DNA of 64,000 bases from a virus: the IMG/VR virus record IMGVR_UViG_3300050821_005528, positions 1 through 64,000 of that record. One strand, given 5' to 3'. Each line of letters opens with the position of its first letter. The first letter of the stretch is position 1. The translations under genes and the position numbers were made by a program. The notes beneath the pieces were generated by a model. The model made no database searches. It was not told where the DNA came from and saw only the letters and a list, made by a program, of their open reading frames with translations. This document shows, one piece after another, positions 1-7,476 of the stretch.

Positions 1-20
1 AACACGAAGGGAGCGGTTTC

Positions 21-290
21 GTGACGCATGACGAAGCGATTGCCGCCTGCAAATCTGCCGATCCATTATGGCCGGTCGGTCGAATGGAGAGCAGCGAGCA
101 GATGGTTGCGGAATTACGGATCGCTGGTGACCGCATGTTGATCCAATCCGGCGTCATGAAGGATTGGTCGGACCGTTTCTATGCTCTCGCTTTGTCGCTT
201 GAGCAGAGTAAGAAGAAAAAGTACGGCCCCGTGGAGTGGTCTGATGAGACCATGAGGAAGGTCCATGAAATGTGCCGAGAGCAATCCTAG
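21..290 (+). CDS. hypothetical small early protein (89 aa)
   Basis: GTG start shortly after a GGGAGCGG Shine-Dalgarno sequence. First of a packed run of small same-strand ORFs. No recognisable domain. Confidence 0.5.
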   Translation: MTHDEAIAACKSADPLWPVGRMESSEQMVAELRIAGDRMLIQSGVMKDWSDRFYALALSLEQSKKKKYGPVEWSDETMRKVHEMCREQS

Positions 291-303
291 CGAAGGAGCG
301 GTC

Positions 304-504
304 ATGATTGTCCATCGAGACAACGACGCAGGGGACATTCGCGCGAAGCCCGGCTATCCGAAGGCAGGGCAGATAATCTACGTCGAGCCGAGGTGGCATC
401 CGGCAGTCCGTGAGCCGATGTTCCATTGCTCATGTGGTCGCTGGTTCGTCACGCCAGGCGGCATCCAAGAGTGTCTAGTGACCAATCACTGGCCGCGTAT
501 CTGA
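304..504 (+). CDS. hypothetical protein (66 aa)
   Basis: Start moved from 265 to ATG 304, which directly follows AAGGAGCGGTC. The same RBS-start junction recurs at 725 and 989. Contains CSCGRW...C cysteines. Confidence 0.5.
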   Translation: MIVHRDNDAGDIRAKPGYPKAGQIIYVEPRWHPAVREPMFHCSCGRWFVTPGGIQECLVTNHWPRI

Positions 505-514
505 GGGGCGCCCG

Positions 515-715
515 GTGACCGTCTATAGAAGCGAGTGCGGAAAATATCTCTGTCGGGTGTCATCGCGCGGCTGGGGGCATTTCGACGCATGGCTTGCCGA
601 CGGCTCAATCCATTGGCGGAAGCCAGAGCATCCCGGAGACGAGTTTTTCAACTTGCCACACATCAAAAATCCGTGGCTCTCGAATATCGATGAGCCGGAA
701 CCGATCAACATCTAG
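515..715 (+). CDS. hypothetical protein (66 aa)
   Basis: GTG start 11 nt after the previous stop, with same-strand packing. Confidence 0.45.
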   Translation: MTVYRSECGKYLCRVSSRGWGHFDAWLADGSIHWRKPEHPGDEFFNLPHIKNPWLSNIDEPEPINI

Positions 716-724
716 GGAGCGGTC

Positions 725-979
725 ATGACGGAAGAATTTTTGCAGCATAAACTGGCCGAAGTTATGGGTTGGCTTGATCGCGCGTTCACGGCGGGGAAAC
801 TCAAAGGTCTCGCCGTCGTTGCCGTCAATGACGATGGCTGTTTTCGTCAGAGCGTGGTTTTTGCTGGCGGTTCCAAGATCACGCTGATCGGAGCCATTGC
901 AATCATGCAGAACAACGCAACGCGGCTTGTTGCCGATCATCCCGAGAATGATGGCGTCTCGGAATATCACAACACGTAA
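725..979 (+). CDS. hypothetical protein (84 aa)
   Basis: ATG preceded by AGGGAGCGGTC. Confidence 0.55.
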   Translation: MTEEFLQHKLAEVMGWLDRAFTAGKLKGLAVVAVNDDGCFRQSVVFAGGSKITLIGAIAIMQNNATRLVADHPENDGVSEYHNT

Positions 980-988
980 GGAGCGGTC

Positions 989-1111
989 ATGCGGGCAATC
1001 AGAGAAGCGCTATTCGAAGTTGATGACGTTGATATCGGGGATGGTGTCTGGACGCTTGAAGACATCGCCTATCAGGAAATAGGCGATCCGTTTTCAATTT
1101 GGTGGAACTAG
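989..1111 (+). CDS. hypothetical acidic mini-protein (40 aa)
   Basis: ATG preceded by AAGGAGCGGTC. It is below the ORF-track size cutoff and was translated by hand as MRAIREALFEVDDVDIGDGVW... Confidence 0.4.
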   Translation: MRAIREALFEVDDVDIGDGVWTLEDIAYQEIGDPFSIWWN

Positions 1112-1206
1112 CAGGGGAGCCGACGTTGGAAACTCTCAGTGAAGAACTTAGGCGCCTTTGTTTGCAAATATCCGCCCGGTAGCCTTGGCCTTTGGGAAAT
1201 CGTCCG

Positions 1207-1407
1207 CTAACCCGACATCTTCAAGCCGAACTCGCGAGCCTTTTGCATCCGTTCAATCTCTTTGGCCAAGATGTAGGCCGCGACCGCGTTTTCCGTGAAG
1301 CCGAACGTCGTATGGCTCGCGAGATGTATCAACGCGCTGTACAGCGACGCGGGAACCGTGACTTCGAACGTCTCGGTATCCTGTCTTTTTGGCGGACGCC
1401 GCCTCAC
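1207..1407 (-). CDS. ribbon-helix-helix (CopG/Arc-like) DNA-binding protein
   Basis: The segment ETFEVTVPASLYSAL followed by TENAVAAYILAKEIERMQ fits a beta-strand plus two helices of an RHH fold. GTG start overlaps the upstream stop (GTGA). Confidence 0.55.
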   Translation of the reverse strand: MRRRPPKRQDTETFEVTVPASLYSALIHLASHTTFGFTENAVAAYILAKEIERMQKAREFGLKMSG

Positions 1408-1652
1408 GCTATTTTGCCGGAATGGCGTTCATCATTTTCTTCGGATTGAGCCAGAAGCATTTTCGTCGCCATGACAGTGCGGTGCCAATTGAATGAAAAG
1501 TTGCCAGAGGATTGCTTTTCCATCTCCCGCACGCACGCTTCAAGCGACGCCCGATAGTCGGCGATCTGCGCTTCAAGCTGCTTGATGCGATGGGCCGTAT
1601 CGACGGCGGAAGCGAGCTTATGGCCGGCGCTGGTGACGGGATCGTCGGACAT
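1404..1652 (-). CDS. hypothetical coiled-coil protein (82 aa)
   Basis: Start taken at the internal ATG (MSDDPVTS...) preceded by GGGGGAGAG. The longer ORF-track version lacks an RBS. Confidence 0.5.
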   Translation of the reverse strand: MSDDPVTSAGHKLASAVDTAHRIKQLEAQIADYRASLEACVREMEKQSSGNFSFNWHRTVMATKMLLAQSEENDERHSGKIA

Positions 1653-1956
1653 CACTCTCCCCCTATCTGTCTTCGCCGCATCGTCGCGCGATGCAATTCT
1701 ATCTGTGTGAAGCGCTCGACAACCTTGCCGGCGACGGTCTTTCGCCAATTGGATTCGCGGCCCGCAGGGAGCTTGGGGCCGCTCTCATTCTTGATCGCGC
1801 CCGATGTCCCAAGGATCAACCTCGGGAAGCCCGAAATAGCAGCCGTTCGTTTCAACGAAAAGCGCGGCGATCATTCCTTCCCATCCCTCACATAGAGCCC
1901 CTGATAAGCCCCGTGTCGTCGCAAGCGCCGTGATAGATACAAAGGTCCGGTGTCAT
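1653..1956 (-). pseudogene. decayed gene or stack of RBS-led mini-ORFs; coding signal is spread over three frames
   Basis: A strong RBS (GAGGGGAGG) precedes ATG 1956, but the frame stops after 22 codons. A second RBS (GGGAAGGA) precedes ATG 1874, giving 29 aa. A third frame continues to 1652. Confidence 0.3.
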
Positions 1957-1979
1957 GCTTCGCCTCCCCTCAACTTTCC

Positions 1980-2028
1980 GATGATTGCACTTGCCCATCC
2001 ATTGGCTCGGGTCCATGCCTGAATTAAA
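1980..2028 (+). promoter_or_regulatory. bipartite recurrent element, copy 1 (box1 GATGATTGCAC, 27-nt spacer, box2 CCTGAATTAAA)
   Basis: Direct reading. It points toward gene 2126 and lies in the divergent switch region. Confidence 0.6.
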
Positions 2029-2089
2029 TTATGCCTGAATGCGTATCATTCCCCTTATGCCTCCGTCAACAAAATAATCAATCCCCTTA

Positions 2090-2117
2090 TTGACACTGGA
2101 ATAAGTCCAGTTATAGG
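2090..2117 (+). promoter_or_regulatory. sigma70-like promoter TTGACA-N16-TATAGG giving a near-leaderless mRNA for the HTH gene
   Basis: Perfect -35 hexamer. The -10 hexamer ends 8 nt before ATG 2126, and there is no SD between them. Confidence 0.4.
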
Positions 2118-2125
2118 TTGCCTCC

Positions 2126-2365
2126 ATGAACTCGATGGCCCACATCCGCAAAAGCGTCCTAAAGCTTTCGCAGGCTCAGATGGCGGCAATTGCGTGTTGC
2201 ACGCAGGCTCTTGTTTCCTATTGGGAATCCGGCGAACAGTTTCCCAACAAGGAACACATGGGCCGCATTCGGTCATACGCCAAAGCCAGCGGAATCAAAT
2301 GGGACGATTCGTGGTTCTTCGAGGCGCCACCGCAAGAGCCCGCCCCGCAAGCAGAGGCTTCCTGA
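2126..2365 (+). CDS. XRE/Cro-CI-type helix-turn-helix regulator (79 aa)
   Basis: LSQAQMAAIACCTQALVSYWESGEQFP is a typical HTH_3 core. The gene sits just downstream of the repeat-rich intergenic region that separates it from the leftward genes. Confidence 0.75.
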   Translation: MNSMAHIRKSVLKLSQAQMAAIACCTQALVSYWESGEQFPNKEHMGRIRSYAKASGIKWDDSWFFEAPPQEPAPQAEAS

Positions 2366-3492
2366 TGGGCGAGCGGTCCAAAATCGAATGGTGTGATAGC
2401 ACATGGCCCGTCGTTCAAGGCTGCGATCCGGTGTCGCCGGGTTGCACCAATTGCTACGCCGTTCCCCTTGTACATCGCCTTGCGTGGAACACGAACCCAA
2501 AGATATCGGCGCCGATCAAAGGCGTCGTCGAGCATCATAAGGACCGTTTGCGTTTCACCGGCAAGGTGGCGCTTCGCGAAGATCGGATGGATTGGCCGCT
2601 GAAATGGAAAAAAGGCCGCATGATCTTCGTGCCGAGCCATGGTGATCTATTCCACGAAGACGTGCCCGACGCATTCATTGATCGTGTATTCGCCGTGATG
2701 GCGTTGACGTCCCAGCATACTTACCAAGTGCTGACGAAGCGGGCGGAGCGGATGCTCCGCTACATGGAGCATTCCGAGTGCGAGGCCCGATGGATGAATG
2801 CGGTCGCCAATCTCTTCGAAGTCGATCGCACGCTAATGAACAGGTGCTATCCGATCATGAACCGCCGCGAGCCGTGGCTACCGTTGCCCAACGCATGGCT
2901 CGGCGTGTCCGCCGAAGACCAGCAGCGCGCCGACGAACGCATTCCCTTGCTCTTGCAGACTCCGGCGGCGGTGCGGTTCGTGAGCTTGGAGCCGCTGTTG
3001 GGGCCGATTGATCTCAGTGTATGGCCCAGGCGAGATTGGCTTCGGACCACCGGGTATGATGGGGCTGCGACCCAGCCGGGCCTCGACTGGGTGATCGTCG
3101 GTGGCGAATCCGGCCCCGGCCCGCATGCGCGGCCGATGCATCCCGACTGGGCAAGGTCGCTGCGCGATCAATGCGCGGCTGCTGATGTGCCCTACTTCTT
3201 CAAACAATGGGGCGAGTTTTTACCTGTCGGCCAGCACTTGCCCGGATTTGGCAAAATCCATGGCGCAACGGTGGTCAAGCCCGGCCGCATGAAGCTCCAC
3301 TACGGCGGAACGCCGAAGCAAACCCCGCAGCACGCGTTCGCTGAAAATGGCGTCGCGTTCACATCTATAGCCGACGGGCGCCTGACCTTTCGCGTCGGAA
3401 AGCGCGCCGCCGGCCGCTTGCTTGACGGCAGAGAGTGGAACGGGATGCCAGAGGGCAATGTCGTGAAACTAGCCGGAACGCGCGCCGGATAA
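2365..3492 (+). CDS. DUF5131 (phage Gp37/Gp68 family) three-Cys protein
   Basis: N-terminus SKIEWCDSTWPVVQGCDPVSPGCTNCYA is the family hallmark. Start set at ATG 2365, overlapping the previous stop (TGATG). The ORF-track 5' extension was rejected. Confidence 0.85.
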   Translation: MGERSKIEWCDSTWPVVQGCDPVSPGCTNCYAVPLVHRLAWNTNPKISAPIKGVVEHHKDRLRFTGKVALREDRMDWPLKWKKGRMIFVPSHGDLFHEDVPDAFIDRVFAVMALTSQHTYQVLTKRAERMLRYMEHSECEARWMNAVANLFEVDRTLMNRCYPIMNRREPWLPLPNAWLGVSAEDQQRADERIPLLLQTPAAVRFVSLEPLLGPIDLSVWPRRDWLRTTGYDGAATQPGLDWVIVGGESGPGPHARPMHPDWARSLRDQCAAADVPYFFKQWGEFLPVGQHLPGFGKIHGATVVKPGRMKLHYGGTPKQTPQHAFAENGVAFTSIADGRLTFRVGKRAAGRLLDGREWNGMPEGNVVKLAGTRAG

Positions 3493-3533
3493 GCGCATGT
3501 TTCACGGGGAACAATCGCTAAAAGGCGTTTTGA

Positions 3534-4811
3534 ATGAGCGATCTAGACAAAGTGCGCGCCCTCCTCGGTAAGGGTCTGAAAGAAGCCGCCATTGCAACGC
3601 GGCTCGGCGTTACCCGCCATCGGGCGCGAGTACTAGTCGATCAGGCGACGCGGGGACAAGCCATTGCCATCATCCCGCCGGCCGGACTCCCCGTGCTATC
3701 TTTCTACGACACCGCCCGCCAGGCGCTTGCTCAGGCCAAAACTCTCGCCGAAGTCAAAGAGATCGCCGACAAGGCCGATGGCATCCGAGAATTTGCGCGG
3801 CGGGCCAAAGATCGCCAACTCGAAATCGACGCGGCAGAGATGCGGATTCGTGCGGAATATGAATACGGCAAGCGGCTTATTCATGTGAAGGAAACGACCG
3901 GCTTCGCCAAGGGCGGCCAACCGTACCAACAGAAGTTTACCGGTCCCGATCTGGAACCAGTAGAGAAAGCGCCGACTCTCGTGGACCTCGGGGCGGACAA
4001 GAAGCTTTCCGCCAGGGCGCAAAAACTCGGCTCGATTTCGGAACGCGCGATGGAGGCGCGAGTCGCCCATTGGCGCCAGACTGCCGAGCATGGCGCGGAG
4101 CGAGTGACGGCGGACATTCTCAAGCAGCGCCCCGCTCCCTCCCGCTCAATGAACCGCACCGAGCCGGCTGATTCCCTCGATCCGTTCTTCACTCCCCCAT
4201 GGGCCACCCGCGCCCTCATGGAGCGCGTTCTTCCCCAGCTCGGCATGCACCCCAAGAACCATACCGAACGAAGCATATGGGAATCTGCCTGTGGCGAAGG
4301 CCATATGACCGGCGTGCTACAGGAATACTCGGAAATGGTATTCGCCTCGGACATCCACCAATACGGCGAAAACACGGTGCAGGACTTCCTTATCTGCGAC
4401 GCCAAGCCCGGCGCATTCCAGTGGATCATCACCAACCCGCCCTTCCGTGGCGATATGGCCGAGCGCTTCGTTCTAAGAGCGTTGGAACTGGCTTATGAAG
4501 GCGTCGCGATGTTCGTGGCTCTCCAATTTCTCGAAACTGTGGGCCGCTTCGAGCGCCTTTTCAAGGACCGTCCGCCGACGCTGATTTCGTTCTTCGCCGA
4601 ACGGGTGAATTGCTGCAAAGGCCGATGGGACCCGGACGGCTCGACCGATGCCGCCTATGTATGGCTCGTTTGGAAGAAAGATTTGAAGCCGATGGCGCCC
4701 TACTGGATTCCACCCGGACAACGAATCGGGCTAAGCAAACCCGACGACCGCGCCAAATATGCCGCCTGGTCGATGCCCGAAAACAAGATCGCGGGGGAGG
4801 CCGCCGAATGA
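3534..4811 (+). CDS. SAM-dependent DNA N6-adenine methyltransferase (gamma-class motif order) with N-terminal HTH/helical domain
   Basis: Motif I-like SACGEGHMTGVL lies upstream of motif IV IITNPPF. The N-terminal part is helical and charged, as is common in phage MTases. Confidence 0.8.
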   Translation: MSDLDKVRALLGKGLKEAAIATRLGVTRHRARVLVDQATRGQAIAIIPPAGLPVLSFYDTARQALAQAKTLAEVKEIADKADGIREFARRAKDRQLEIDAAEMRIRAEYEYGKRLIHVKETTGFAKGGQPYQQKFTGPDLEPVEKAPTLVDLGADKKLSARAQKLGSISERAMEARVAHWRQTAEHGAERVTADILKQRPAPSRSMNRTEPADSLDPFFTPPWATRALMERVLPQLGMHPKNHTERSIWESACGEGHMTGVLQEYSEMVFASDIHQYGENTVQDFLICDAKPGAFQWIITNPPFRGDMAERFVLRALELAYEGVAMFVALQFLETVGRFERLFKDRPPTLISFFAERVNCCKGRWDPDGSTDAAYVWLVWKKDLKPMAPYWIPPGQRIGLSKPDDRAKYAAWSMPENKIAGEAAE

Positions 4812-5374
4812 CCATACTTTCGCCGCTCGAAAGATTCCGCAAGAACCCTCAGTCCGATTGGTGGAAGGGTGACCCTTCGCGCCTCGATCAGCTAAAAGCC
4901 ATCCTCGCACGTAAACCCATTCCAAACGTAACCGAAATCATGATCGAGATGGGTGCCCCGTCCCGCAATTGCATTATCGGCAAGGCGCGGCGGGAAGGAT
5001 TGCAGCTACGGCCGCCACATCGCACCAACAGGCCGAAGAGAGTGAAAACCAAGCCGAACCGCAAACTCTACGTGCCACGTGCGGCCATCGATCTCCCCGC
5101 CAATTTCATCGCCATCGAAGCCGAAGAACGCCGCGAGAAAGCCCGCGAGACGATGCTCGCGGACATTGCTGAGCGCCAGGCCGCAGACGAAGCCGCGGCG
5201 CAAACGGGCGGCATTCCATTCATGGAGATCGGGAACGGGAAATGCCGCTGGCCGCTGACGGAGGTCAAGCCGCTCGCGGACTTCCGGTTCTGTGGGGCGA
5301 AGTGCGATGGCGTCTACTGCGCCCCTCATACGCGACGGTCGATGAATCGGTTTGTAGCGGAGGCGGCGGAATGA
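4808..5374 (+). CDS. gcrA: GcrA-family cell-cycle regulator homologue
   Basis: SRNCIIGKARREGLQLR resembles the GcrA N-terminal HTH (TRNAVIGKVHRLGL). The C-terminus CRWPL...FRFCGAK...YCAPH matches the GcrA C-terminal domain. ATGA overlap with the MTase. Confidence 0.8.
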   Translation: MTILSPLERFRKNPQSDWWKGDPSRLDQLKAILARKPIPNVTEIMIEMGAPSRNCIIGKARREGLQLRPPHRTNRPKRVKTKPNRKLYVPRAAIDLPANFIAIEAEERREKARETMLADIAERQAADEAAAQTGGIPFMEIGNGKCRWPLTEVKPLADFRFCGAKCDGVYCAPHTRRSMNRFVAEAAE

Positions 5375-5844
5375 AGGCCCTCACCATCTACCAGCCTTGG
5401 GCCTCCCTGATCATGATCGGGGCGAAACCCAACGAATTCCGCCGCTGGGACTATCGCACCCGCGAGCGCGGCCTTGAGGGGCAACGCATCGTCATCCACG
5501 CCAGCGCGCGCCCCATTCGTCTGGCCGAAATAGAAGACATCACAGCCCGCTTGAACGACGGCATTTCTGCGCTGCGCGGCGACATCGCGTTACCGCTGCT
5601 TGAGCGCATCAGGGCGGCGTGCGAGAGCGGCGGCGTGGTGGAGCTCTCTGCCGGACTTGGCACCGCTGTTCTGGGAGAGCCCAAGAAGGTCGATGAGTTG
5701 TTCAACTCCCCGGCCGATTCCGATCGCATCGACCATGATATGTGGGCGTGGCCGCTCACCGACATCCAGCCGTTTGCCGCGCCAGTGCCATGCCGTGGTA
5801 TGCAAGGATTCTGGTCGTGGCCGATGAAGGCAGAGGCGGCGTAA
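5371..5844 (+). CDS. ASCH/PUA-like domain protein
   Basis: N-terminus MKALTIYQPWASLIMIGAKPNEFRRW is typical of the ASCH fold. ATGA overlap. Confidence 0.65.
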   Translation: MKALTIYQPWASLIMIGAKPNEFRRWDYRTRERGLEGQRIVIHASARPIRLAEIEDITARLNDGISALRGDIALPLLERIRAACESGGVVELSAGLGTAVLGEPKKVDELFNSPADSDRIDHDMWAWPLTDIQPFAAPVPCRGMQGFWSWPMKAEAA

Positions 5845-6044
5845 TGATATTTCCGATGCGGCTGATCGTCAACAAGCCGGATTCTCCGACAGTGACGGCC
5901 GTCGCGTCGGATTCCGAAGAACTGGCATTGCGGCGCTGCTGCTATGCGCGGGCTATCAGCTTCACTGATGATGGGACAAGTGCGATTTGCCGGACCTGCG
6001 GGACAATCATGCCGGCTAATTGGTTTGCGAGGGAGCAAAGATGA
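5844..6044 (+). CDS. small Cys-containing protein (66 aa)
   Basis: CC...CRTCG cysteines. TAATG overlap. Confidence 0.45.
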   Translation: MIFPMRLIVNKPDSPTVTAVASDSEELALRRCCYARAISFTDDGTSAICRTCGTIMPANWFAREQR

Positions 6045-6379
6045 GCGACACAGCAACAGCAATCCCCTTCAAACTCGTGCAGGAGCAGGATCACGGCGAA
6101 GGCTGGGAATCGGCCGTTGTCGAGATATTCGGCCACCGCACGCATGCCGGCTTCATCCGCGAGGAAGAGCGATTCGGTGCAAAGATGATCCGCATCGATG
6201 TGCCGACGAATGGCGATATCGATCATCCGGTTTGGGAAACGCATTGGTACGGCGGGGCGTCGATCTTCTCGCTTACGCTGACGGACGCGGCGAGCGTATT
6301 TGCAGCAAACAAAGTCCAGCGGGCGCCAGCTCGGGTATTCCTACCGTCGCCGGATGATTATGAGGACGAAGACCAGTGA
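6041..6379 (+). CDS. hypothetical protein (112 aa)
   Basis: ATGA overlap and good codon bias. No domain recognised. Confidence 0.6.
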   Translation: MSDTATAIPFKLVQEQDHGEGWESAVVEIFGHRTHAGFIREEERFGAKMIRIDVPTNGDIDHPVWETHWYGGASIFSLTLTDAASVFAANKVQRAPARVFLPSPDDYEDEDQ

Positions 6380-6816
6380 CCGCCGACTCCCGCATGAATC
6401 TCAATCTCGCCGACATGCGCCTTGAACTCACGCCATCAAGCGCGCCGCTGGGCTACCTCGCGACGCCCTATACGCGCTATCCTCGCGGCATCTGGCACGC
6501 CTTCGTCGACGCATCAACGCTCGCCGCAAGGCTGCTGGCGGCTGGCGTGAAGGTATATAGCCCGATTGCGCACACGCATCCGCTTGCGATCTTCGGCGCC
6601 CTTGATCCGCTTGACCTCAAGATATGGCTTCCATTCGATGAAGCCATGATGACGGCGGCGCATGTTCTTATCATCGGCCAGCTCGACGGCTGGGACACAT
6701 CGAAGGGCGTCGCGCATGAGATCGAGTTCTTCGAACGGCACGGAAAGCCGATCTTCGATCTTGATCCGGCGAGCTTGGTGATGACGAGGCGACGGCTAAA
6801 TGATGAACGCACATAA
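6376..6816 (+). CDS. DUF1937-like / nucleoside 2-deoxyribosyltransferase-like fold protein
   Basis: GYLATPYTRY...VYSPIAHTH...GWDTSKGVAHEIEFF follows the pattern I associate with DUF1937. GTGA overlap. Confidence 0.55.
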   Translation: MTADSRMNLNLADMRLELTPSSAPLGYLATPYTRYPRGIWHAFVDASTLAARLLAAGVKVYSPIAHTHPLAIFGALDPLDLKIWLPFDEAMMTAAHVLIIGQLDGWDTSKGVAHEIEFFERHGKPIFDLDPASLVMTRRRLNDERT

Positions 6817-6839
6817 CCCCGAACCTCTCCTGAATTGAA
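6802..6839 (+). promoter_or_regulatory. bipartite recurrent element, copy 2 (GATGAACGCAC, 16-nt spacer ATAACCCCGAACCTCT, CCTGAATTGAA)
   Basis: Direct reading. It overlaps the stop of 6376-6816 and ends 9 nt before ATG 6848. It encodes the mini-ORF MNAHNPEPLLN (6803-6838). Confidence 0.65.
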
Positions 6840-6847
6840 TCGAACCC

Positions 6848-7291
6848 ATGCCCCGCCTCCGTCACAAATGGTCCAAGAAAACAAGACCGTCATCCATTCT
6901 CTCAATCCGAACCTGTATCAAGTGCTCTCTTGTCGAACATTCGAATCACGATTGGACTATAGGTCCAAAAGGAACACATTGGATAACTTGGTTCGAAGAA
7001 CGGAATCCAGAAATGAGGCTTATGGTGATGCCGGAATGTATTGAAGAATTAAGGGATGATTCAACTCCCGCCGTACCGGACGTTCGGTCGAACCATCAGC
7101 CCGATATCGAGCCAGACTACGAAAAGGAAATGAAATTGCCGCCCGGCACAACTTGCGCCGATTGCCTTCATTCGAGACGGTGCATCGCGCTTGGATTCTC
7201 TGTCTTGATCTCAACTTCTTGCGATTTCCATCCGAGTCGTTTTCGGTCGAACCATCAGTCCGATCGGGTGCCGGGGGCGAAGGAAGCATGA
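6848..7291 (+). CDS. hypothetical Cys-rich protein (147 aa), lower-GC island
   Basis: CIKCS...CADCLHSRRC...C cysteines. Contains an in-frame 23-nt direct repeat. Confidence 0.5.
   Translation: MPRLRHKWSKKTRPSSILSIRTCIKCSLVEHSNHDWTIGPKGTHWITWFEERNPEMRLMVMPECIEELRDDSTPAVPDVRSNHQPDIEPDYEKEMKLPPGTTCADCLHSRRCIALGFSVLISTSCDFHPSRFRSNHQSDRVPGAKEA
7083..7105 (+). repeat. direct repeat unit 1: TTCGGTCGAACCATCAG(C)CCGAT
   Basis: Matches 7242-7264 in 22 of 23 positions, 159 nt apart and in frame (RSNHQPD / RSNHQSD). Confidence 0.8.
7242..7264 (+). repeat. direct repeat unit 2
   Basis: See unit 1. Confidence 0.8.
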
Positions 7292-7476
7292 GCATTCCGA
7301 TCACAAAAGATGCGGTGCTCTATCTCGCTGGCACACTCCGCAGCATCATTGCGATGGCTGAAAAGGATAAGAGCGACACATCGGCAAGGATCGCCGCACT
7401 TGCGCAAGCGGGATTGGACCTCGCTGAGCACGGGGAGGAAGGGTGCACAAGGATGCGCGGCGGGGTCTGGAGATGA
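7288..7476 (+). CDS. hypothetical protein (62 aa)
   Basis: ATGA overlap. RBS GGCGAAGGAAGC. Confidence 0.5.
   Translation: MSIPITKDAVLYLAGTLRSIIAMAEKDKSDTSARIAALAQAGLDLAEHGEEGCTRMRGGVWR

Noticed and set aside
2194-2364. The 5' extension of the DUF5131 ORF (the ORF track starts at 2194).
   Set aside because: The extension lies in another frame over the HTH gene 2126-2365 and is Arg/Gly-rich. The family hallmark begins right after ATG 2365, which forms a TGATG junction.
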